NCBI RefSeq assembly: GCF_037042905.1
Contig: NC_087245.1
Location: forward strand, 18,664,001 to 18,728,000
Length of the DNA: 64,000 bases
Direction: 5' to 3'
Origin: Lytechinus pictus
Lineage: Eukaryota
The translations under genes were made by a program, and so were the position numbers. This document shows, in pieces, positions 13,801 to 25,800 of this stretch; the first letter of the stretch is position 1; each line of letters opens with the position of its first letter. The notes under the pieces are model-generated. The model was not told where the DNA came from. It did no database searches and was given only the letters and a program-made list of their open reading frames with translations.

Positions 13801-16800
13801 AAAAGATGATTTGGAGAAAACCTATTGGTTATATAATAAAAAAATCACCTGAATACAATGATGCTACAAAACTGAAATATTAAACACGATGAAGGACTGA
13901 TTTTGTACCCCACCTACTGTTCATATTTTAAGAAAAAAAATAAATGCCCAATATGCAGAGAATTGGTTTCTTTTTGGGTAATCTGAGAGGTTTCTATAAA
14001 ATAGTATACAGTTATGAAGATGGATAAAATAGTCAACTATAAATGTGTTTCTAACCTTCCACAATCTTTCAATGACAGTAGGTCCACTGAGCATCTTGCG
14101 ATTCAATCCCTCTACATATTTATCCAGTCTTTCCACCTCCTCCACAAACTTCTCCAGAGATTCCTTATCAGCATATGGATTCTTATCACCGGGCATCTTG
14201 GCTAACACTGGTTGCTGTGTTGTAGAGTCTGGGGTCTTTGTCACTCCTTGTGGTAGTGGTTGTCTGAGGTTGCTCACTGAAGATGGTGTAGAGGTGATGA
14301 CTGGAGGGCTTGAAAGAGCAGGCTGAAGCTTCAATTCTGCCAGTATATCCATGGTGGATGAAGGACCTGTAGTTCGACTTGCACTGGGGGTTGAAGTGGG
14401 CAGTGGTTGACTTTGTGGAGTGCTTTGTGGCTGCACTTCAATGCTGGCAAGAACAGAGACATTTGAATTTGGATCTGTGGCAGGTTGTGTAGCTTCTGAT
14501 TGCACCTCTGCGGTTGATGCAACACTTTGTGGTGCAAGCACATCCTTAAGAGGTTGATTTTGCCTGTCCGGGCTTGTTGATAGAAGATCAGTTGCAGGCT
14601 TTGCACCGGCTTTCATGGGCTGTAACACTGGCTGGGGTAGTCTTTGCTGTTCAAAGCTTTGTTGTTGGGTTATCTGCTGCACTGAACTCATTGGTTGCAA
14701 CAGTTGCTGCAACTGCTGAGGATTTTGCTGGAGTGGTGGTCTGATGTTGGTCTGAGACACAATATTAGAGTTGTGTGCTGGTGGTCTAGGTTGCTGCATT
14801 GGCTGCAGACTTTGTTGTTGTTGAGGAATTGGTTGCTGCTGATAATTTTTTTGCTGGCTCTGAAGTTGCTGAGGATACTGTGGCTGTTGTTGATTAGACA
14901 GATGTTGCTGCTGCTGTGGAAAATATTGCTGCTGGTTGGGATGGTGATGCTGCTGTGTAGGTGGTTGCTGCTGCTGTGTAGGTGGTTGCTGTTGGTGTGT
15001 TGGAGGATGTTGTTGATGTGGTGCAGGTTTTTGTTGCTGTTGCTGCGCAGGATACTGCTGCTGCTGTTGTTGTTGAGGATATTGCTGCTGCATTTGTGGA
15101 CGATGTTGGTTCTGTTGCGGTTGCTGCATTTTCATTTGTTGATTGAACTGCTGGTGATGAGGCTGGTGCGGCATTTGTTGATTCTGCTGATTCAAGGCAG
15201 GTCTAACAGGAACCTGGTGTGGTATGGAACTAGCTACCTGTTGTCCACTTACATTGTTTGCAATATGCGGCGTACCACCCTGTGGACCAGAAGGCACATG
15301 TTTGCTGGGAGAAGACTGATAAGGTGTGCCACCTGATGGTTGCTGATACCCTTGAGGCTGCTGTGCTGGTTGATTTCCAGGCTGTTGTCCTGGTTGGTTT
15401 AAATGTTGTCCTTGTTGGTTTTGAGGTTGTTGTCCTGGTTGGTTTATCTGTTGCTGTTGACCCTGATTATAGCCTTGGTGGTAGACTTGTTGGTGTGGCA
15501 CCTGAACATTTGCAGCGCTCTGCTGAGATATTGGAACTTGACTGGGATGTTGTTGGGGAACAAATCCTTGCTGAGGATGTTGGTTACTTGCTGAGAACTT
15601 CTGTTGATGAGTTGTTGGAACTTGATGTACAGGGTTTACTTGTGGTTCTTGTGGAACAATGCCTTGTTGTGGAACAATACCTTTTTGTGGTTGCTGCTGT
15701 TGTAGTGCTATTTGCTGCCCTTGTTGATGAGAAGCAGCAGATTGTGGATGATACTGCTGAGTAGGCTGGACGTTGTTCCCTGTTTGAGAATAGGTCTGTG
15801 GTGTGTTGAATTGCTGAGGCTGGGATGCCTGGGATTGGAATTTTGGTTGCTGAGGAAACTGCTGTTGATGAGGTCTAATCACTTGAGAGTTCCCTTGCTG
15901 TTGTGGAATTAGACCAGTTCCTGATGATGGTGGTATCATTTGAGTGTCTGGGACTACTGACCTTGCCCCAGAATTGGGTAGTTGCTGACTATAATGCTGC
16001 TGCTGTTGCTGCTGCAAATGTGCTCCTTGTTGACCATGTTGTAATGTTGGCTGATGCTGTGGCATACCAACCTGAGATGGCATTTGAATGTTACTGATTT
16101 TTTGGTTGTTGATCATAGATGCTCCTGGTTGAAGAGCTCTATTTTGGACAGGTTGTCCCCCCTGAGAAGGCGGGATATTTCCTGGTGTGATTTGTTGCTG
16201 TTGTTGGTTCGGTATCTGATTGGGGGCAGAATTTACAGGCATGTGGCTGGGAGTGGTGTTGGTTGCACTTGGCAAATGAGCTGAAGAGTAAGACGAAGGA
16301 GGGGTCCCCTGTGGTGGTACTCCCGGCTGTGTAGGAGCTGATGACATCCCCATACTTGCAGCCTTGGCTCTTGCATGCTGTTCGGAGCCATATGCAGGAG
16401 GCTGCACAGGAGGTTGAAAAGACTGAGGCACAACTGCTTGCTGTTGGGAATGGGAAGGAGCAGATGATGGAATTTGTTGTCCTGAACTCACAACCTGGTG
16501 TGCAGGAAAATGAGCTGGTTGGTGCGGACTCTGGGCTAGCTGAGGTACTTGCTGGACACCAGGGGGCATCATAACTTGGTTAGGTCCAACTTGCTGTTGG
16601 CTGTAATTCTGACTTTGCACAGGAAAATTTGGATGAACAGCACCGGGCTGATGAGCAACAGGCATCTGTGATTGCTGATTAGTTTGACCAGGTTGGACTT
16701 GCACACCTCCAGGACCTTGTTGGGGAACATGAATAGGACTTTGCCTTGAGCTACTTGAAAAACTATCCTCTCTGGTCATAGATGTTGCTGGGTGCTGTGG

Positions 16801-19800
16801 TACCCTACTTTGGTGAACAGGAGATGCATGAGGGCTCTGTGAGATGTTCTGAGATGGCATTCGAACCCCTTGAGGCAAATTCTGGGATGGTGGAGGAAAA
16901 CCTGACTGAGGATGTCCTGTGGGAACAGGTTGCCCAACATTTGATGGTGGCACTGCTGCCACTGGTCGTGCCCCCTGACCACCCGGACTGCCATACTGCT
17001 GTTGTACAGGTACCCGTGGCTGAGCCATGCTGACCTGGGGTGGTACAACTGCAACACTGGCTGGTAGTGGTTGAGCACCAGGTTTTCCAGCTGATGAAAC
17101 TCCAGGTACCATAGCTTGAGAGTAAGGTACCTGACTAGGTCCTTGCATGGACACTGCTGGTGAAGCAGAAGCAGGCATTCCTGGAAACACATGAGGCTGG
17201 CTCGGTGGAGGTTGTGATGCAGACGGTTTGGCTGTCCTTCCTGATTTGGGCTTCCAGTAATCTGAAAGTTTAGGTCCTTGTGGTGCAGAAGAAACAGGCG
17301 CTGGTTCTGTGGGGCCTAGAGGTCCAGCTATTACCAATCCATTTGGACCAATCTGTAAACCTTCCATACTTAGCCCTGGGTAACCAGCTACAGATGGGGT
17401 TGGTTTAGGGGCAGCTGGTCTTTGAGGTGCTGTAGGTAAAAAAGGGAAATAAGTATTGTTAAATTCTTCTTCATAAATTCTAAACTAAAGATTGGCATCA
17501 AAATATTGAAAAAGATCTTGTGCCATCAACATTGACATAAAATTCAAAATATCTTCCTTCACATCAAAACAATGATTTCTGTGTAAAATTGTGTAATTTT
17601 CAACATTCAGAGATGTAACCAGAAATCAATTCCAACTAAAAAAAACATATCTCACATTCCACTATATATGATTGTGCTTATATAAATGGAGTACTGTGAA
17701 CAATAATATCCTATGATAAACAGAAAATACATCTTGATGAAAAAAAATATGGTGTAATATTTGATTGAAAAAATTTGTTTGATTTGTTTAAATTTGAATT
17801 CTTAACAGATCAAACTCAATGGTCCAAATTTACAGTAACGATTAACTAGTATCAGTTTATTAAAGGCCTATGAGCAAAACACCCTGTTAAATTATTCAAT
17901 GATGTTTGTTGGTAATCTTTAATTTTCAAACTTCTGTTGTGAATACTAGACAGTAGTATATTTTCACTAAGGGACATAAAAACCATGCAGAGGTGAAAGA
18001 GAGCTACTTCCAAATGGAGTGTAAAAGCTTGTTAGACAGTCAAAACAGAATCTTTACATCGTAAAAGTGCTACGATTGACTGTGGCTTACACAGAACAGC
18101 TTGTGCAACCTGGATCTTCATTGAAAAAGACTTGGACAATGCCTGTTGCAGATTAGACTTCTAACTAAAACTAAATGTTACCTTCTCCATTTTGGGCACA
18201 AATCTATGTCTGCATTGAGATTGTGAGAACAGCTTTAATAGTATAACCATGTTGACATGATGTTGACATCTTTAAGGGGAGACTTACGATATTTCTTTTT
18301 TATCTTCTCCTGTCTCTCTGCATGGTTTGCTTTCACAACTCCTTTGGTCTTGTTGAGAAGTTTGGTCACAGTCCCTTCCAGTTTCTTATAGAAGCCAATG
18401 CCCTTGTTTGATTTCTCAATTAGATCATCGTATACAGTGTAAGAGCTGATGAGTTCTCCAATCTTCTCCTCACGCCTGGGGGTAGATAAAATTATCATGA
18501 ATTATATTATTACAATAGTATCACACTAGAGCCCTGTTGCATAAGAGTTACTATTATTGTCACATTCGTATCCTATTGTTCCTTTCCTGAAATGCAATAT
18601 TGCAATATTCATTGCTACCATTCGATGGCAAATTTCCTATAATAGCAACATGAATGCCAAAGGGCCCAGGGCTACAAACAGTTCCTACGCTATGACAGAA
18701 GTGATCCATTGCAAAGCTTGCAATGGTGACCAGTGCAGATGGTAAAATATCAGTATGGATTTGAATTTTAGTCTTATCGTAATCATCATCACCCATCATC
18801 ACATCATAAATAGTAAGAATTCTTGTTTTGTATTCCAGTGGCTCTATGTACTTTTTCTGGCCATGTAAATCCTACATACAACATTATCCCTTAAAGCATT
18901 TGTTCTCACTTGCATTTTTTTTCCTACCCATTGCTCTTTGTATATTTGTTTGTTGGCCTTATCAACCTTCATGCTCACATGGAGATGACACTGCTTTTAT
19001 GATATTTCCTTTAAAATCACAAATCTCCCACTGGACAAGAGTGAAGGGATCATCTCTTACTTTGAAGCAATACCAGTTACCATCTTGCGTCTTTCAGCAT
19101 AGGCAGCATTGGCTTCAGTCATTGCCTTGAGGATGTTGTCTTGGGCAGATAGATTCTGTTCAAGGTAGGTGATCAGGGTCTCGTGTTTCTTCAATTCATT
19201 CTGGAAAAACTCCTACAAGAGCATGCAAAGGAAATTAGAAACTTTGGTCTTTTGAAGAATTAATACAGCTTTCAAGGTCACATAATCATAATAATCTGTT
19301 TTTCTACTACTCAAAATATCACGGCTTAGTATCTAAGCACTTTACAAATATATTATAAACCTAGTCCTACATTTTCGCTTTCCCAGACAAGATGTATGCA
19401 CGTTATCCACTCCTCCAAAACTTTTCAGGAGCTGGATTCCAAGCTCAAATTTCTAAGTATAATAAACTGGCTTTCGCATCATACTGGTTACCCAATTAAC
19501 ACATAGGTGGATAGTGGATGAGTGTAGGTTAATGTCTCGCAGATTAATTCGTGCAGAGGTGGACTCATAACCCTATGATTACAAGGCACGAGTCAGAAAC
19601 ACTACAGAACATAAAGATAAGAAAGGCTGTGAGTTAAGAATACCTGCATGCTTCCTTTGGTCCTTGTTACAATGCCTCCTGTTACATCATCATCTCGTAT
19701 GTTATCTCTAAGCTGCTGTTCTAAGGTCTGCCTCTGAGTCTTCATCTCGTCTACCTTAGCGACAAGTTTCTGCATCTTTTTCTCTGCCTCATCATCCTCC

Positions 19801-22800
19801 TCATCTATCAAAAATAGCAATATGAAGTACACTGATCAAACATTGTCCTATGCAACCTTCAAACGTGTGATACCAACAGATCAATGTCTTTCTGATATGC
19901 ATAGATGAGTTGAACTTGATCAAAAGGTTCTTAAATTATCTTATGGTGGAAAAAATGGGAGAAAAACATGCTAATTGTCTCAATCACAATGCCTCTGGCA
20001 CAAACCTTTAGTTAGCATGCATGTAAATGATGATTTTTTTTCCCATTTGAATAGGAATTGGGTAGGACTCTCCTGCAATATTTTCTATCGTGCTTGTCTT
20101 CATGTTAAACTCAACTTTTATCAGTGTATATTCACACATTTAACTTTTTTTTCTTTTAAATATATTTTAGTTTTAATTTGTTTCTTTGGTTTTTTTTTCA
20201 ATACTTTTTTTTTATGTAAGATCGATGTTTTACTTATACATTGAATCTTAATTGTATATACATGTAATGTGTTTTTATTATACACGGACGTTTTGAAGAA
20301 CAGCCTTTGGCTGATGTACGTGTACCTTGTCAAAATAAAATAAATGAAATGAAATTACAGTGATGCACAATAATTAATTATCCTAGGATACCCTCTTGAC
20401 GCCACTGAATGCATCATTATTGCTAAGTTCCAATACCATCCATCCTATTATCAAATGTTCCTCTGAATTTTTTTTTTCTGTATAATCCCTTGACATTACC
20501 ACTTAACTGAATCATTTGTGTCATAGCGAAAACAAGGGAACAACTGTCCTGGGATATAATACACTTAATATAGCCAGTGTGTTTCTAGTGCTTTCCTACC
20601 CTACATGGGAAGGTTAGGTTGATCACTGTGTTCTTTATCACAAAATATGATTTTCCTTGTATATTTTGATGAATATATACTGTCCTTTGTTCTTGTAGTA
20701 TCAGTAAAGCATTCAAAGTCACACTGCATGAGAAATACTATGTGAAGGCCTGGGCTATTGCATAGCTAGAGTGCTTACTTTATATTTAATTTTAAATAAT
20801 AGTTTTCATGAAGGAAAGAGGATATTACAATAATTATACATGTATAGAGGATATAATAACATGAACCATTGCTAGTAACAGGGTCCTCTAGCCTCCCCCC
20901 CCCCCCAATCCAGATTCCCTTAACCAGCATTTTGATGAGCAAGACTTACTTCTTGCTTCCTTAGCAGACGGAAGGGTTGCCTGGAGGGTCTCTACAGGAG
21001 AAGCCAGGAGCTTGATGTTCTCCATGTGGGTTTGCATAGCCTTGTGGAGCTCCGCATTGGACTGGCTAGCTGTGGCATGGAGCTCCCTACATTTTGTCAG
21101 ATCTTTCTTCATTTCTCCCAAAGACTTGGCACTCTTTGTCCCAAACTCCTTCTGTTAAAAGAGCAAGGTGTTTTGAAGGTATTGTGGTAATGAAATTAAA
21201 AAAAAAAATGTTTTGAAAGCATATTATTTGTTTGCATGTTTTAAGTAATTTATAATGCCAAATTCTATGTAAATCATATTGTAATGTCTAAACATTACAT
21301 CTTCTTTATCTAATATGTGTATATCATATAATAGCATTTTGACCCTATAACATAAAGATATATACTGTAGACAATATTTAGAATCTATAGTAACTGTTGA
21401 ACTTATTTTGTCATATGTTGATTTACGATCAATTATTTAATTGATTGTATTTTTTATGTTGCACAGCTCTGATACATGACATCTGTACAAAATGATAAGA
21501 AAATATTTGTACATATGAAAACAATTACTTGTAAAACAATTATTCGAGTATTTTAAAATACGAAAAGGACAGACTCAATCTGGAGATTACAACATGTTCC
21601 TCGTAATATTGAATATCTACTTCCTTTTCTTTCAAGTAATGTACTTAACCAATGCAAGGTCTATATCCTGGAATGCGATGCCATTATAATAATGAATACC
21701 GTATGTTAGAACTAAAAATCTATGTGTTGATATAAGCCAAGATATCTAAACAAGTTAGAATTAAAAGATAATCTGAATACAAAGAACCGTTATAAGTGAG
21801 CATGGCATCACATTACAAACAGGAAAAAATCTTCATAAAGTGGCAGTTTAAAAATAAGAAACAAAACACTCCCTCATAGGCTCACTGACAAAATGATCAA
21901 AATCACTTGAAGTTTTTTTTTAAAGGCTTAAAAGAAAAAGTTATGAAATCTCCAACCAAGAGCTTCAACTGTATTGAAAATGATACAAATTCAGAAAAAT
22001 GGGGTTCATTACAATCAGGCATTTCCTGAATGTATCTATTTACCTGAAACTCTGCCTCTTGTTTTTCTTCCTCTTCAAGGAGTTGTTCAATTTCTTTCAA
22101 TGACGAATCTACATCCATGACCACACCTGACAGCTCTGTGAAGAAAAAAAAAATCATAGACAATTGTAAGGCATTCTGTACCACTGTAAAATTCATTTGA
22201 AACTAGTAAAAGTAAACTCCTTGTATTGTTTGAATGAATGACTGGTTTGTTTTTATTAATAGTTGATCAGTATTGTTGGATTCAAAGGTACAATCTTCCC
22301 TCCCTCTTTTTCTTCTGAAAACTCATTTGGGATGGGCATGTGGAAAGTTTCAAAACCACTTCCCCAACCACCTCATAAAGAAACGGGAGTCCTGCAACCA
22401 AAAGTTTTCAATCTATTGGAAAATAGCAGCGGCCTAACAACATTAATGTTGCATGGGGCTTCAGTTAAAAAAAAGACCTGTTAATAATCAGAATTGTCTT
22501 TACACAATGGTGCTGAATGGCCCTGGTAAGAATTTTATAAAAAGTCTTGACATGAATTTCACTAAAAACTGTGATAAGCTATCAAAATTCTTGTCTCCAA
22601 ATGGTTTTCAGTAAAAACATGCCTCATGAAATCCCTCGGTTCCCATCTAATAGTCAGAAATAGATAAAAAATAATTTTTTTGATATTTTACATATGCATT
22701 ATTCCAATTAAATAATGAGTACCTTGCATGGAGGTGACTAGCGTCTTAATTGGCTCAGTCTTGACACTGAGGGCAGCACACACCTCCAGTAGGACCTGTG

Positions 22801-25800
22801 GAAGTACTTCCGGGTCACTCCCTGGCAGCTTCAGTTGTTCTAGCTGGACTGCAGACAAATATTGACTGGGAAAAAATGACACAAACATAAGCCAGTTGCG
22901 ATAAACAGCCATAAAATTTACTTTTGGTAACATACAGAAAATATTAATTTTTTTAGCTTCAAACTGAAAGTAGATATCATGGTCTCAAGAATACAGGCCC
23001 ATGAGTTTAACTTCTCAAAAGTGAAGATATGAATAATCAATCCAAAGTGGCGTATCGTAAAGCTGTTCATAAGTTGTGTGTGACTTTACACATAACTGAT
23101 GACCTGTTCTACCTACCATGTGACATTTGTGGATAAACAAGCATATGAATGCAAAGTATATTATTTGTCAAAATATGATTGGTGTTGTCTGAAATGCACT
23201 CCAATTCTGATATAACAGGAAAAAAAATAAGGGTATCTTATTTAGCACAAAAACAGGTCACCAAGTGTGCATGATTTATGAACAGCTTCAAGAAATTTCA
23301 TTATTACAGACATTTCTTCTCAAGTGGCAATTTATCTACCTGTGTCACATAGTACAACACTGCTGCCTGTGAAATGGGGAAGGCTGAAACAGGTCAGTAT
23401 TTATCAAAAATATTTATGCAATTGTTCAAATTGCACACTCATGCAGCATTACATCGCCCATATATACAATTCCTCAATCAACACATTATGAAAGAAAGTG
23501 ATATCTATCTAAAACTCATAGGACAAATCGTCAGTGGTCATCCGAACCGTCGTATCACACATACGACGGTGCAAACCCATTTCAGAGAAAATCGACTTCA
23601 AAGTTTACTAAAATTTTCACACTTAGTTCTCCAGCCTTACAACATATTTATTGCTAGAAATATACATGGTTAGAAAGACCAAGACAATTGCTTGACAATG
23701 GTATCCTTATTTTTACACAAAACCAAGGATCAGAGAAAATATCGCAAAAGAGCTGCATGCTTGTAATTTCGGTTTGAGCGTTCCCTCGTACAAAAACACA
23801 ATATGGAATACAACAACCCTGACCGTGATTTCTATGCACGCGGTCAGTCAAAACGTTGTATTGCTTTTCACGTGCATAGTCAATGCAGTGCAGATGGCCA
23901 ATACAACAGTTTGACTGACCGCGAGCATTGAAATCGCGGTCGGTCAAAACGTAGTATCGCTCTGCTACTGTACACGTTTCCAATGGGATTTGCAATTTTT
24001 AAAAAAATTTATACAGCATCGCCGTGAAAATCCTCTCATAACTAAGAAACTAAAAACAAATTGCTGCCTAGAAATTTAGTTATGAATAGAATAGGACTTG
24101 TATTTCATTTTCTGCAAAAATGTTAAAATCAATTTTTTGACCAAAATTGACTGATATGACGCTTCGGATGAATGCCGACGAAATGCCCAAATCCCCAAAT
24201 GCACTCACTCTAATCTCTTATTCTTATCTTCAATTTCATCCACCACTCTCCTTAGCAGTTTTGCCTTCTCCTCACTGTATAGGGACGATGCCTCATGAGC
24301 TTCCATGGGAACAAGCTTCCTGAAGATATCCGGTCCTGCTACTGCTTCATCATACGGTTGGAATGTTAGAGCTTTAACCAATGATGCACCTATTTCATTA
24401 CAAAAATAATTAACATCCAAATCATTAACCACTTTAAGTTATTTGTCGCTAATTTGATCAACTGTTAATCTTCAAACTGGCAGCATTCATTTTCTTCACT
24501 AGAATTTCTTTCACAGGAAGCTTCTTACATTTCATCTATACATTCAGACTCGGAAGGAAAACACAATCATGTATTTATTGTCGCCGAGACAACAGGATTT
24601 TATTTCAAATTTGTGAAAAATCATTCATTTTATTATTATGACCCAAAAATCATCAATTGATGTCCAGCTTTCTGAATCTCTGCTGTCTATCTCAATATTG
24701 AACCTGTAATGTTAACATAATGACTATCCCGCTGGATACAGTGTTATGTTTTGTTTACTCTCCTGAACATATCATTTTTTATTAAGATACAAAGTTGTCA
24801 CCAATCTCAGGCAGGCTCAACAAGGGAAGAATACTTCTGTGGTACACAAAATCATTGTTTTTCACTTTCCTGAACATTACATATTTTTAGATATGTTTTA
24901 GCTTCGGCAACATTACATGACCAACTGTAGTGGTTATATGATATGAAAAAAAATTTGATGGCACTCAAGATCAAATTACCTTTGATTTCATTCAGGTTCT
25001 CACTGCCATGGTAAACCAATTCAATGTTTTTTTATTCTCCTGAACCCTTCATTTTCTTTTTATATAAAAGACTTTGTCTCTGGTAACATTATATTAACAG
25101 CCTTGTTGAGTATACTCAAGATCATATTACCTTGGATTTCAGGAAGGCTCTCAAAAGGAGGCACACATATTCTCAACATTGATGGGTAGAATCAAGATCA
25201 AATTACCTTTGATTTCAGGAAGGCTCTCAAAAGTAGGCACACTGTCATGATATACAAATTCATTGTCTTTCGTGGCAGACTGGAACTTTCCAATCACAAC
25301 ATCCTTGGCAAAGTTGAGGGCCTCCGTAATGCTTTCTGGTTGACCCTGATGAACAAAAACATTATGGTTAGTGATATTGTTTTGCATGAACCCTTGACAT
25401 GCAAAGAAAAGTGAGGTCGGTGTGTGTTAAAAGGATATTCATGTGGTAAGAAAGCTGAAAACAATAATTTCAAGCTTTCAGGTTCTCATAAGCAACCAGG
25501 GAGTCTAAGCATGTATGTCCTCTTTGATTTGGTACCCTGCTCACAGGATAAAAAGGCCACTGCTCACTAAGAAAATCCATTCCCACTCTTCCCTCTATTA
25601 TCCATCTTTGTAGTATTAAAGTAGAAGTATATCTTGGCCCGAATTCACAAAGGTGGTTTTGAAAACCCACTGTTGAGTCCATGGTCTATGCAGATTTCCT
25701 GTATACATTATGCTTATTTTACCGCATATATTAAAAAATTCCAATGCTGATGAGCGCTTTTGTCACAGTGCGCCAAATTGACGCCTGTTGCCATGGTTAT

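Noticed and set aside
14695..17192. Leu/Val-rich ORFs on the + strand and alternative-frame ORFs
   Set aside because: Shadows of the CAG/CAA-rich PTPN23 exon 16
13921..17367. 1148-aa ORF as a stand-alone gene
   Set aside because: It is PTPN23 exon 16; true boundaries are 17429 and 14056 and the last 44 ORF residues are intronic
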